The notes: a model not told the origin generated them from the sequence alone. Shown: positions 1 to 9,450, counted from the stretch's first letter. The stretch is DNA of 64,000 bases from Eubacteriales bacterium (GCA_041672465.1 JBAYZO010000007.1:367-64366); one strand, 5' to 3'. A program made the numbers and translations.

Positions 1-2
1 TA

Positions 3-917
3 AGGATATACACTCAAAACGCCGAAATAGAAGCGGAAAAAACAAGAATCGAAAACTTGCTCGCGCTTTTCGACAGTTACGGACTCCTTGACCCCGATTG
101 CATTTTGAAGTTTTCTCACCATATAAGCCTTACGGATCGAATAAACTCGCTTATGAAAATCCGTCAAAACATCATCGACATAGCCGGCGGCGATTTGTCC
201 GTTTTCGGGAACAGCGAGAAAAAGATTGAGGACAATCTGGTTTTCGCCGTGAAAATGTGGTTGCTTTACGGCAAGGACAGAGCCGGGTTGTACGGCTGGA
301 TGCGGGAACAGGGTTATCTTGAAAAAACCGCTGAAATCAGAGAGGGGTATTGGCAGTTTGTAAGAAGCTTTGAAAGCGACTATATAACGTATGACGATTC
401 AAATCCTAATTATATCAGCGCTTGGAGCGGCGGAAACGGCACATATACTTTCAATTGCAAATTTATCGGACATTACTCCTATATCGGCAGCACACATGAC
501 GATTGTCACGGCGAGTTTGTAAATAACACCGCGATTGCCTCCATACCGAAAGACCGTTATTACGGCGGCGAAACGGTTGTGATTGACTTGACGGTATCGG
601 CGGAAACTTCTTCAAATATATGCTTGCACCTCGGCGCCAGTTTGGGGGCGTATATTACTCCGGTAAATAAGGATAACGCTTTTGCTTCATACGGCACTGA
701 TATTACACTTTGCGATATTACCGGCGAGCATACGAAATCTTTTATAAACACTTATAAAAATGATACCAACACGGGTTATCTTGGAATGAGCGTGACGGTA
801 AGCGGCGTTATGCCAAAAGGTTATAAAGACGGGGATAAAATCTATATTGTCACCGGCATGGGGGCGGGAAATCAATCGGTTGAAACCGCTTACGAATATA
901 AGTGGCACTCGCCGTAA
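3..917 (+). CDS. hypothetical protein, 5'-truncated by the window edge (beta-rich C-terminal region)
   Basis: The frame of ORF 57..917 stays open back to nt 3, so the gene probably starts upstream of the window. A hairpin terminator follows. No recognisable motif. Confidence 0.5.
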   Translation, partial: RIYTQNAEIEAEKTRIENLLALFDSYGLLDPDCILKFSHHISLTDRINSLMKIRQNIIDIAGGDLSVFGNSEKKIEDNLVFAVKMWLLYGKDRAGLYGWMREQGYLEKTAEIREGYWQFVRSFESDYITYDDSNPNYISAWSGGNGTYTFNCKFIGHYSYIGSTHDDCHGEFVNNTAIASIPKDRYYGGETVVIDLTVSAETSSNICLHLGASLGAYITPVNKDNAFASYGTDITLCDITGEHTKSFINTYKNDTNTGYLGMSVTVSGVMPKGYKDGDKIYIVTGMGAGNQSVETAYEYKWHSP

Positions 918-940
918 ATAAAAGATAAGCAAAAAAATAA

Positions 941-983
941 AACAAATAGCGCGCTTCATAAAAATGGGGCGCGCTTTGTTTAT
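941..983 (+). terminator. rho-independent terminator
   Basis: Stem AGCGCGC (948-954) pairs with GCGCGCT (969-975), followed by TTTGTTTAT. Confidence 0.6.
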
Positions 984-1096
984 GTTAATTTTTAACTTTG
1001 ATATAATGAAGAGGGGTTTTTTATTAAGTCAGCCAAAAAAGCAGTCTCGAGCGCGAGGTATTTTGCTGATAGAATTACCTCAATATTTAAAATTAT

Positions 1097-2053
1097 TTAT
1101 TCGCCTTTAATGCTTTCAAGCGCCTTTTTAAGCGCGGTATAGCCGTCTTTCGGGTCGCTGATGTTTTTAACGGCGGTTTCCATTGGGCAGACGCCGTCGC
1201 CGCTTCGATTTTGAATAAATTCCGCGAGCGTTTCATACCCGGCGCCGATACCGTGGGTTTTTAAAAGCTCTTTCGCGCCCTTTGACATGACGACGCCGTA
1301 ACAGCCCTCCGCGCCGCCAAGGACCAGCAGCATCGCCGCCGCCCTGCCGATAATTTTATCCACCACATACGCGCCCTTCAGTTCGCCTTTCTCGTAAAGC
1401 TCCATAACGGGGGCGACTCCGCGCTCGTTTTTAACCTTGACGATTTTGCCGTCTTTAATAACCACACAGCCCGCGCCGCGCTCGATAAGGCTTAACGCCG
1501 ATAACCTGACGGCGCATTTATGCTGTTTTGGCGACTTTTCAATTATTTTAACGATTGGGGGGATAAAAACCAACTGAACCGCCACTCCCGGCAGCCCGGT
1601 GGCAAAAGTCTGGAAGATAGCGAGGAATTTAAGGTCGGCTATAAAGAGCGAAAAGATATAAAACACGCCCATGTAAACGGCTCTCCCCGAAAACAGCGCT
1701 ATTATAAGCGCCGGGTAAACGCCGTATTTATATCCGCCAAGCTTTGTTTTATAAAGTAAAAGCCCGCTTATAAGACCATAAGTGACAAGCTCGCACACCA
1801 TCATCGGCAGGGTCGGGAACATCGCCGGCATGCCTGTCAGCATAGTGCTTAGAAATGGGATAAGCCCCCCGCCCATGGCTCCGTACATCGGGCCGCATAA
1901 AAGACCCATCAAGAGGACGGGAATATGCATGGGAAGGAAAATAGTGCCTTTAACGCCGAACGAGTGAGAGGTGGCGTAGGGGAGAATAACCCCCGCCGCG
2001 ACGAGAAGCCCCGCTATGGTTAGCCTTTGAATGTTGATTTTTTGTTTTAACAT
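1097..2053 (-). CDS. ECF-transporter S-component-like membrane domain fused to a C-terminal DUF1893 (TM1506-like) domain
   Basis: Lies within ORF 1097..2173. The ATG at 2053 (MLKQKINIQRL) is preceded by an AAGGGTGGG RBS. Several hydrophobic helices (LPMHIPVLLMGLLCGP...) are followed by a soluble tail with DKIIGRAAAMLLVLGG and GDGVCPME motifs. Confidence 0.7.
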   Translation of the reverse strand: MLKQKINIQRLTIAGLLVAAGVILPYATSHSFGVKGTIFLPMHIPVLLMGLLCGPMYGAMGGGLIPFLSTMLTGMPAMFPTLPMMVCELVTYGLISGLLLYKTKLGGYKYGVYPALIIALFSGRAVYMGVFYIFSLFIADLKFLAIFQTFATGLPGVAVQLVFIPPIVKIIEKSPKQHKCAVRLSALSLIERGAGCVVIKDGKIVKVKNERGVAPVMELYEKGELKGAYVVDKIIGRAAAMLLVLGGAEGCYGVVMSKGAKELLKTHGIGAGYETLAEFIQNRSGDGVCPMETAVKNISDPKDGYTALKKALESIKGE

Positions 2054-2129
2054 TGAACCCACCCTTTTTATTTGGTAGAAATTAACTAAACATACGCCGC
2101 CGCTCTTTGTTTTTGTGACACAAGTGACA

Positions 2130-2158
2130 TTGCTTTTTAAAGTCCGCGATGCTATAAT
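2130..2158 (+). promoter_or_regulatory. sigma-A type promoter for the ABC exporter
   Basis: TTGCTT (2130-2135), 17-nt spacer, TATAAT (2153-2158). Confidence 0.5.
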
Positions 2159-2218
2159 CCGCTTGAGAGGCAAGAAAAACGAATACAGCTAAAGCGGTCA
2201 CAACTGTGAGGGAAACTT

Positions 2219-4069
2219 ATGGCGGACAAACAACAGACAGGTTCGGATATACACAAAAAACACTCCGCGGAAAACGTGATACCCGACTACGAGCATTTAT
2301 TTACCGACGAAACACGCCCTAAAAAGGGAAAAAGCGGCATACTATATAGGCTTTATAAAATGAACAGCAAAAAGCTTATAGCCGCTCAGTTTGTTTACAT
2401 AATTAAGGCGTCGCCGGTGTGGATAATACCGCTTATCACCGCGCAGATAATCACTCTCGCAATGGGTAAAACCGAAAGCAATCCGTTTGGGAAAATTATA
2501 ATTTACTGCGGGGTGTTGGCGGTTGTTCTTTTACAAAACGTCCCCACCCATGTCCTTTACGCCCGGATAATCAACGGCGTGATGCGACGGGTCAACGCCG
2601 GGCTAAAGAGCGCGCTTGTCCGCAAACTGCAGCGGCTTTCAATAACATATCACAAAGAAATGGAATCGGGAAAACTCCAGTCAAAGTTTATCCGCGACCT
2701 TGAGGCTGTCGACGCGATGGTTCGCAACTTTGTGCTTGTGCTTGTCCCGGCGCTTATCGGGGTGATTATTTCCGTGGGTATTTCCACTTTCAAAGCCCCT
2801 GTTATGACCTTGTTTTTTATCGCCGTGGTGCCGCTTAACATAATTGTCGCCAAGGCGTTTGAAAAACGCATAAGAGCCGAAAACCGCGACTTCCGGCTGG
2901 CTAACGAGGACGTCTCCGCTAAGTTTACCTCAATGCTCACGCTTATCCCCGTCACCAAAGCGCACGGGCTTGGGGAAACCGAGATATCTTCTTTTGAGCG
3001 CTATATGGAACGCCTTATGAGCAAGGGATTGAAAATCGATAACACCAACGCTTATTTCGGCTCATGGTCATGGGTTATCAGCAACATTGTCAGCGCGCTT
3101 TGTCTGGTTTTCAGCGCGTTTCTTGCCATCAGGGGCGTTATTAATGTGGGGGATATTGTGCTGTATCAATCCCTTTTCGGGGGGATCAACGGCAACGTCA
3201 TGGCTATTATCAACGCCTATCCCTCCCTTATCACGGGCGCGGAGTCGCTTAGCTCGGTTTCGGAAGTTATGGTTTCGGGGGATGTCGAGAGAGAGGGGGA
3301 GCTTTCAGCCTGCTGCATAAAAGGCGGGGTGAGTTTTGAAAACGTGTCTTACAGCTACCCCGATGACGCCGAAAGCTATGTGATAAACAACTTTTCGCTT
3401 GACGTTAGCCCGGGCGAGTGTATCGCGTTTGTGGGTCCGTCGGGCTCGGGCAAATCGACTATAGTAAATATGATTATCGGGTTTTTAACCCCGACAGAGG
3501 GGAAACTCACCATTGACGGCGAAGATATAAAAGACCTTAACCTCACCGCTTACCGGCACCATATTTCGGTGGTACCCCAAAACAGCATTTTGTTCCCCGG
3601 GACAATACGGGAAAACATCACCTATGGGCTTGAGCATTATACGGAATCCCGGCTTGAAGAAGCGCTTGAGACCGCAAACGTAAAGGAATTTTTGCCTTTA
3701 CTCCCCGAAGGGCTGGAGACGGAAGTCGGCGAGGGCGGGGGGAAGCTCTCGGGCGGGCAAAAGCAAAGAATAACGATTGCTCGGGCAATTATCAGGAACC
3801 CGAAAATACTTATCCTTGACGAGGCGACCTCCGCGCTTGACAACATATCCGAGTTTCACGTCGGCTCGGCGATAAACAAGGGCAAGCGCGGGAGAACCAC
3901 GTTTATAGTCGCTCACCGGCTGTCAACAATCCGTTCGGCCGACCGCATTGTTGTGATGGAACGCGGGCGAATCGCCGAATGCGGCACTTATGACGATCTT
4001 ATAAATAAAAAAGGGAGCTTTTACAATCTTAAAGAGCTAAGTGAGTCAAAACTTGAGGATTTTGCCTGA
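2219..4069 (+). CDS. ABC transporter permease/ATP-binding protein (MsbA/multidrug exporter type)
   Basis: N-terminal multi-TM domain followed by an NBD with Walker A GPSGSGKST, signature LSGGQKQR, Walker B ILILDEATSALD and H-loop AHRLST. RBS GAGGGAAA. Confidence 0.9.
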   Translation: MADKQQTGSDIHKKHSAENVIPDYEHLFTDETRPKKGKSGILYRLYKMNSKKLIAAQFVYIIKASPVWIIPLITAQIITLAMGKTESNPFGKIIIYCGVLAVVLLQNVPTHVLYARIINGVMRRVNAGLKSALVRKLQRLSITYHKEMESGKLQSKFIRDLEAVDAMVRNFVLVLVPALIGVIISVGISTFKAPVMTLFFIAVVPLNIIVAKAFEKRIRAENRDFRLANEDVSAKFTSMLTLIPVTKAHGLGETEISSFERYMERLMSKGLKIDNTNAYFGSWSWVISNIVSALCLVFSAFLAIRGVINVGDIVLYQSLFGGINGNVMAIINAYPSLITGAESLSSVSEVMVSGDVEREGELSACCIKGGVSFENVSYSYPDDAESYVINNFSLDVSPGECIAFVGPSGSGKSTIVNMIIGFLTPTEGKLTIDGEDIKDLNLTAYRHHISVVPQNSILFPGTIRENITYGLEHYTESRLEEALETANVKEFLPLLPEGLETEVGEGGGKLSGGQKQRITIARAIIRNPKILILDEATSALDNISEFHVGSAINKGKRGRTTFIVAHRLSTIRSADRIVVMERGRIAECGTYDDLINKKGSFYNLKELSESKLEDFA

Positions 4070-4091
4070 ACCGCATATTAAAATAATTTCA

Positions 4092-4125
4092 AAGCCGTAA
4101 AGAGTGATTTACGGCTTATTTTTTT
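4092..4125. terminator. bidirectional hairpin terminator between the ABC exporter and nfnB-like gene
   Basis: AAGCCGTAAA (4092-4101) pairs with TTTACGGCTT (4108-4117), followed by a T-run. Confidence 0.7.
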
Positions 4126-5512
4126 ACCGCTCTTTGCCCCTTATTGCTTTATCAATGGCGAGAGCGGCTTTTTTGCCCGCGCCCATGGCGAGAATAACTG
4201 TCGCGGCCCCCGTAACGGCGTCGCCGCCGGCGTAGACGTTCTCACTTGAGGTTTTACCGTCATCGTCGGTTATAATTCCCCCCCACTTATGGGTTTCTAT
4301 CCCGGGAAGAGCTGTTTTTATAAGCGGGTTAGGGTTTGTCCCGATCGCCATTATCACGCAGTCAACCTCAAGGGTGTGTTTGGTTTCGGGTTTCGCCGCC
4401 GGAGCCCGCCTGCCGGAGGAATCATGTTCGCCGAGAACCATGTTCACGCAGACAAGCCCGTTTACAAAGCCTTTTTCGTCCCCCGTTATCTCAACCGGGT
4501 TTGTAAGGAAATTAAAAATAATTCCTTCTTCTTTAGCGTGGGCGACTTCCTCCGCCCGCGCGGGGAGCTCGTCCCCGCTCCGCCTGTAAACTATACGCAC
4601 TTCCTCGGCGCCCATTCGTAAAGCGCATCTCGCGGAGTCCATGGCGACGTTCCCGCCCCCCACCACGGCGACTTTTTTTGGCCGCAGCACGGGCGTGGAG
4701 GAATTTTTATAGGCTTTCATAAGGTTTACCCTTGTTAGGTATTCGTTGGCGGAATAAACGCCGTTGAGGTTTTCGCCGGGGATGCCCATAAATTTCGGCA
4801 GTCCCGCGCCGCTCCCCAAAAATACCGCCTCAAAACCGTCCTCAAAAAGTTCTTCCACCATAAGCGTTTTGCCAATTATCACGTTTGTGACAATTTTCAC
4901 GCCGAGCCGGATAAGGTCGTCGATTTCTTTTTTAACAACCGATTTGGGGAGCCTGAATTCCGGTATTCCATACACAAGCACCCCGCCCGGGGTATGGAGC
5001 GCCTCATAAATCGTAACGTCCCAGCCTAAGTTTGCCAGCGTGCCGGCGCAGGCGAGCCCCGCCGGCCCCGACCCGACAACGGCGGCTTTATGTCCGTTTG
5101 GGGTGGGTTTTTCCGGGTTAGCCGGGTTATTGGCGTTATGCCGATCGGCGGCAAAACGCTCAAGGCGGCCTATTGCGACAGGTTCGCCGTTTCTCCCCCT
5201 TATACACTCGGCCTCGCATTGGGATTCCTGCGGGCAAACCCTGCCGCAAACGGCGGGGAGGGTGTTTGTTTGTTTAATTGTTGAATAAGCGCCCTCATAG
5301 TCACCGTCGGCAATCTTTTTTATAAATTCCGGGATTTGCACGTTAACGGGGCAGCCATCCACGCAGTAGGGTTTCTTGCAGTTAAGGCAGCGCTCGGCCT
5401 CTGATTTTGCCAGCGCTTCAGTGTAGCCGAGGGCGACCTCATCAAAGGTTTTATTTCGCTCTTCGGGGTTTTGCGCCGGCATCGGGTTTTTATTTTTAGA
5501 CAGGTTGGCCAT
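4124..5512 (-). CDS. nfnB: NADPH-dependent glutamate synthase small-chain-like oxidoreductase (NfnB/SudA/GltD family)
   Basis: Cys clusters CLNCKKPYCVDGCP and CGRVCPQESQCEAEC. Two dinucleotide folds, VVGSGPAGLA and VVGGGNVAMD. Its start overlaps the stop of the PyrK-like partner by 1 nt. Confidence 0.75.
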   Translation of the reverse strand: MANLSKNKNPMPAQNPEERNKTFDEVALGYTEALAKSEAERCLNCKKPYCVDGCPVNVQIPEFIKKIADGDYEGAYSTIKQTNTLPAVCGRVCPQESQCEAECIRGRNGEPVAIGRLERFAADRHNANNPANPEKPTPNGHKAAVVGSGPAGLACAGTLANLGWDVTIYEALHTPGGVLVYGIPEFRLPKSVVKKEIDDLIRLGVKIVTNVIIGKTLMVEELFEDGFEAVFLGSGAGLPKFMGIPGENLNGVYSANEYLTRVNLMKAYKNSSTPVLRPKKVAVVGGGNVAMDSARCALRMGAEEVRIVYRRSGDELPARAEEVAHAKEEGIIFNFLTNPVEITGDEKGFVNGLVCVNMVLGEHDSSGRRAPAAKPETKHTLEVDCVIMAIGTNPNPLIKTALPGIETHKWGGIITDDDGKTSSENVYAGGDAVTGAATVILAMGAGKKAALAIDKAIRGKER

Positions 5513-6357
5513 TATTGATCGGCCTCCTTTTTAAACAGGTTGCAAATGTCGTCGTGGGCGCTTCGCTCTTGATTTTTATAAATGGCCGAACGCGCCATCG
5601 CCTCGTCAAAATCGACGAGATGCCCGTCAAAATCGGGGCCGTCCACGCAGGCGAATTTTGTCTCGCCCCCCACGGTAAGCCTGCACCCCCCGCACATTCC
5701 CGTGCCGTCGATCATAATGGGGTTCATTGAAATTATAGTTTTTATCCCGTACTTTTTGGTCAGCAGGCAAACAAACTTCATCATAATCAGCGGGCCTATC
5801 GCGATAACGCAGTCAAGCTTTATCCCGCTCTCGATAAGAACTTTCAGCGCGTCGGTCACAAGCCCCTTTTCGCCGGCGCTTCCGTCGTCTGTCATTAGTA
5901 TATATTTGTCCGAAATTTCCCGGAACCTATCCTCAAGTATCACAAGCTCGCGGCTTCTGAACCCCGCGATCGAGTACACCGCCGCCCCTTCGTTATAGAG
6001 CTGTTTTGCTATCGGAAGCGCTATTGCGCTCCCCACCCCGCCGCCGATAACGGCGACGCTTTTATATTCGGAAGTCTCTGTCGCTCTCCCCAAAGGCCCC
6101 GCGAGGTCTACAATATAGTCGCCGACGCCAAGCCTGTTTAGTTTTTCAGTAGTCGCTCCCACTATTTGAAAAATGATAGTGACGCTGCCCTCGGCTCTGT
6201 CATAATCCGCTATGGTGAGGGGAATCCGCTCGCCGTCTTCTTCCGCGCGGAGTATTACAAACTGCCCGGGCTTTGCTTTTTTTGCAACCAGTTCCGCGTC
6301 AACTTTCATTAAAGTGACAAAATCATTGAGGTTTTCCCTGTATATTATTCTGTTCAT
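5512..6357 (-). CDS. nfnA: FAD/NAD-binding PyrK-like electron-transfer subunit (NfnA/SudB family)
   Basis: Ferredoxin-reductase-like fold with a C-terminal 2Fe-2S motif GTGMCGGCRLTVGGETKFACVDGP. Translationally coupled to the GltD-like subunit. Confidence 0.75.
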   Translation of the reverse strand: MNRIIYRENLNDFVTLMKVDAELVAKKAKPGQFVILRAEEDGERIPLTIADYDRAEGSVTIIFQIVGATTEKLNRLGVGDYIVDLAGPLGRATETSEYKSVAVIGGGVGSAIALPIAKQLYNEGAAVYSIAGFRSRELVILEDRFREISDKYILMTDDGSAGEKGLVTDALKVLIESGIKLDCVIAIGPLIMMKFVCLLTKKYGIKTIISMNPIMIDGTGMCGGCRLTVGGETKFACVDGPDFDGHLVDFDEAMARSAIYKNQERSAHDDICNLFKKEADQ

Positions 6358-6502
6358 GAGAACCTCCCCGTAAAATTACTCATTTTATTATATCATTCGC
6401 CCGAGTTGTTGTAAATAGCTTTTTTATGTAAAACTCTCCGCGCCATTTTAAAAACTTTGTGTTGTTCTACAAAAAATAAGCTTATTATAAACAAAACAAC
6501 AT

Positions 6503-6529
6503 TAAAAAGAGCCGCCACACGGCGGCCCT
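6503..6529 (-). terminator. rho-independent terminator after the SOD-like gene
   Basis: On the minus strand, GCCGCC-GTGT-GGCGGC is followed by TCTTTTT. Confidence 0.65.
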
Positions 6530-6540
6530 TGGCATAACTT

Positions 6541-7035
6541 TTATTTTTTTATCACCCCGCATGCAATTTTTTTACCCGCGCCTCCGCTCGGCTGGGTAGT
6601 AAAATCGTCCTTGCTCTCATGTACTACCACGGGAAGACCTATGACTTCCGTTAATTTAAACCTGTCGGTGAGGAATACCAAAAAGGCGTAGCCCCCCGCA
6701 ACAAACAGCGGCGGCATATCCCCCGCGTGGGCGGGGTGGGGGCATCCGTAGGGGTTGTAGTGGCTCCCCGCGTCTTTAAAAGGGTCATCTGTATCCCCCG
6801 CGCAGCCTTTGCCGTCATGAATATGGAACGCGAGAATGTTTTCCGAACAACGCCCCGGCAGAAACGGAAGCCCTGTGAGGTATGTGACCACCACCACGCC
6901 GTTTTGGGTTTGCCAAAACTCTGCTCTTCCGGATATTCGGTTGTATTCGGGGGAACCCAAAATCAACGCGTAAGCGTCGGGGTTTCTTCTAAACAATTCG
7001 GAAAGCTGTGACGCCATAAAACTGCGGCCGGCCAT
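6541..7035 (-). CDS. sodC: Cu/Zn superoxide dismutase family protein without a signal peptide
   Basis: Motifs AFHIHDGKGC, GSHYNP, HPAHAGDMPPL, VVVHESKDD and IACGVI retain the Cu/Zn ligands and the disulfide Cys. RBS GAGGTG lies 5 nt before the ATG. The N-terminus is not hydrophobic. Confidence 0.8.
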   Translation of the reverse strand: MAGRSFMASQLSELFRRNPDAYALILGSPEYNRISGRAEFWQTQNGVVVVTYLTGLPFLPGRCSENILAFHIHDGKGCAGDTDDPFKDAGSHYNPYGCPHPAHAGDMPPLFVAGGYAFLVFLTDRFKLTEVIGLPVVVHESKDDFTTQPSGGAGKKIACGVIKK

Positions 7036-7106
7036 ATCTTCACCTCATTAGCAATATATGCCGGTGAACTTATTTTGGCTGTGTTCGCGGCAGGGTTTTT
7101 AAAATC

Positions 7107-7406
7107 CTATCCGCTTACATTTACCTTTTTTGTCATTATTATTATTCTTTCGATAAGGTCCTTTATGTAATCAAGGTCAAGCTCCAACCCCTGCTCCTTG
7201 GCGTAAGCGCCGATATTGTCAAGGACATAGCTTAACTTTTCCGAGCCGCTTTTATGCGTTGCTTCCGCTTCGGTTATAAACTGAAGTATCATCGGATAAA
7301 GCAATTTATCTTTTGAAAGCCGCAGTATCACCCTGAAAGTCTTCCATATGGATATGGTCAAAACTATCAGCGTTAAGGCAACTTCAATGGTAACTCTTAA
7401 TCCCAT
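7107..7406 (-). CDS. LL-H-family holin-like small membrane protein
   Basis: 99 aa with one N-terminal TM helix (VALTLIVLTISIW). The charged tail carries the pattern AEATHKSGSEKLSYVL...GLELDLDYIKDLIERII seen in phage holin LL-H family proteins. It starts 13 nt after the stop of the upstream csp gene. Confidence 0.55.
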   Translation of the reverse strand: MGLRVTIEVALTLIVLTISIWKTFRVILRLSKDKLLYPMILQFITEAEATHKSGSEKLSYVLDNIGAYAKEQGLELDLDYIKDLIERIIIMTKKVNVSG

Positions 7407-7419
7407 TTTTCACCCCGCC

Positions 7420-9147
7420 TTATGTTTCGCGCATTAGCTGAAAAGAATTTAGCAGGTTAAGGCTGCCGTACCCCCAGCGGTTGTTCGGGTAAACCATGTT
7501 TTCGCTTCGGTTGCACCCGCGTATTAAGTACGCCCTTATCTGATAAGAGCTTATAGTCGGGTCGTTGCCTCTCACAAGCCCCCATTGCAAAAGCAGCGCG
7601 GACGCCCCAGCCGTTATCGCCGCCGCGACGCTCGTTCCGTCCATTGCTCCCAGCCCATACGGGAAATAACCGCTTATATTCACCCCGGGCGCTACAAGGT
7701 CGGGGGCTAACTCGCCGGTTCTTGACGGCCCCCACGAAGTGGCGGAATAAAGGCTGTTTGTCCGGTAATTATACGCCCCGCAGACAATCGCGCCGTTCAT
7801 CGTCGCCGGGACGGTCACGGTAAAGTTGGGGTTGGTGGATAAAAATTCCACGTTTGGGGAGACAAATCCTGTCAGCGGAAGCCAAGAGTGATATGTGCCG
7901 TCAAGAATCAAGTCGCCAAAGACGGTAATTGTCCAGATCCCCTGCGTGGCGTTAATTATTCTGACGGCGCTTAGCTGGCTTCCCGTGCCCTCGAACGGGA
8001 AAAAATACGCTATTTGAACCGCGGCGTCTTCTAACTTCAGTTTTGTTTCGCTTGTTCTCCCCGCTATCGGGGGGACTCTCGGGACAAACTCGCCCGTCGG
8101 GGACCTCACCGCTACCGAAACCCTGTCGGAGACATTCGTCCAGACCCCGACAAGAAAATCCCCCGCGTTTTCCCCGACTTTGATATCAATGTTTTGGGTT
8201 TCGCCCTGAGCGCTTATCGTGCCCTCGGTATGATGTTTCGCTTGGCTTTCGTTCCCCGCGGCGATACACAAACACACGCCGGGGAGCCCGGAAATATCGC
8301 TTAAATATTCCTCAAACAAGGTGTAAGCGTCATGGCTCCCAAAATTCGAGCCGAGCCCGAGACAAATGGCGACCGGCTTTTTAAGCATTCGCGCCCTGCT
8401 TAATATATAATCCACGCCAAGCATTATCGCGCTTGACTCATAAGCGAATTCCTGTTCCGGCGGCACAGAAAATAAATTCAAATAATAAGGCCTCGCCTTT
8501 CTCAGCTTGACCATAATTATTTCCGCGTCGGGAGCGGCCCCCAAGAAATCCCCGACTTCCCTTCCCGCCGCCACTGAGGCTAAAAATGTCCCATGACCCG
8601 ACTCGTCTGTATGCGGCACGACAGAAGCCGGGTTGTCGCTTTGCAACGCCTCGTTGATTTGCTCGTTTGTGTACTCCACGCCGATATAATAATCTTCGGG
8701 GGGAGGCCCTGTTTCGCTTTGGTCATAAATATAGGCTATTTTGCTTGTGCCGTCCTCATATTTAAACACGTCAAGGGTGTAGTCGATTCCCGTGTCCACA
8801 AAGCCGACAAGCACGTTCTGACCTTTAAGGTTTAAAAAGGGCTGTTCCTGAACCTGAACAATCCCGCTGCCTTGAAGACTGGCTTTCCCTAACAACCCGA
8901 GCACAATTGAGTTAAAGCTTGCCGAACCCGTACCCAAACTATGCCTTACCTCATTGTAAACCTGCTGGGTAGCGTAAGCTATGGCGTATCTTCCGTTTAG
9001 TATGTACGCGATCGCGACCTCGTGGTTTTGGAGAATCGATTCGGTAAAAGAGTTTTTTTGAACTATAAAATCAACCGTTTCCGGGTCGTGAAGCAACCTG
9101 CGCAAAAGCTCTTGATTTTTTTCGCTGTTTATTGATAGTTTATCCAT
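7420..9147 (-). CDS. Csp-type subtilisin-like germination protease (S8 family), triad intact
   Basis: Asp VGFVDTGID, His GHGTFLASVAAG, Ser GTSVAAAITAGA. There is an insert of about 300 aa between His and Ser, as in Csp proteases. The gene lies in a csp-sleC neighbourhood. Confidence 0.8.
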   Translation of the reverse strand: MDKLSINSEKNQELLRRLLHDPETVDFIVQKNSFTESILQNHEVAIAYILNGRYAIAYATQQVYNEVRHSLGTGSASFNSIVLGLLGKASLQGSGIVQVQEQPFLNLKGQNVLVGFVDTGIDYTLDVFKYEDGTSKIAYIYDQSETGPPPEDYYIGVEYTNEQINEALQSDNPASVVPHTDESGHGTFLASVAAGREVGDFLGAAPDAEIIMVKLRKARPYYLNLFSVPPEQEFAYESSAIMLGVDYILSRARMLKKPVAICLGLGSNFGSHDAYTLFEEYLSDISGLPGVCLCIAAGNESQAKHHTEGTISAQGETQNIDIKVGENAGDFLVGVWTNVSDRVSVAVRSPTGEFVPRVPPIAGRTSETKLKLEDAAVQIAYFFPFEGTGSQLSAVRIINATQGIWTITVFGDLILDGTYHSWLPLTGFVSPNVEFLSTNPNFTVTVPATMNGAIVCGAYNYRTNSLYSATSWGPSRTGELAPDLVAPGVNISGYFPYGLGAMDGTSVAAAITAGASALLLQWGLVRGNDPTISSYQIRAYLIRGCNRSENMVYPNNRWGYGSLNLLNSFQLMRET

Positions 9148-9450
9148 TTAAGCGTCCGCCTTTCTGTTTGTTTTATTCGTTGACCCGGTATTTTTATGAC
9201 ATGACTTTTAATTAATACTCTAACAGGTATGACTATATAAAAATTTATAAATGTGTAATTTTGCCAATGTATATTCACGCTATTGAGGTTAACATACCTC
9301 GGCCTTTCGGCGGGAGCAAGCCCCCGCCCTACGCTGATGGATGCGGCTTGCGCGTTTAAATCAATATCGAAAATGCTATATAATCAAAAAGAAATATAAT
9401 ATATATATTTTGGGCGCCGCAACGTTTTTGCCGGTTTCGCGTTAGCGAAA

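Noticed and set aside
2054-2173. N-terminal 40-aa extension of the ECF-S/DUF1893 ORF. Similar upstream extensions occur at 22599, 26149, 29098, 32143, 40733, 42471, 46579, 48087, 51913, 54772, 58500 and 59431.
   Set aside because: In each case an internal ATG is preceded by a good Shine-Dalgarno sequence and yields the canonical family N-terminus or signal peptide. The extensions run through promoter or leader sequence.
9285-9298. The exact 14-mer GAGGTTAACATACC occurs in two intergenic regions (9285-9298 and 15634-15647), with looser GGTTAACAT-like copies near 20409, 20470 and 29292.
   Set aside because: There are roughly 4e9 position pairs on both strands against 4^14 (about 2.7e8) possible 14-mers, so several chance 14-mer matches are expected in 64 kb. 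The flanks do not align. The motif does not sit at a consistent distance or orientation from genes, and attempts to read it as a sigma-E/K -10 element gave the wrong spacing to any -35. It would only be worth revisiting with genome-wide counts.
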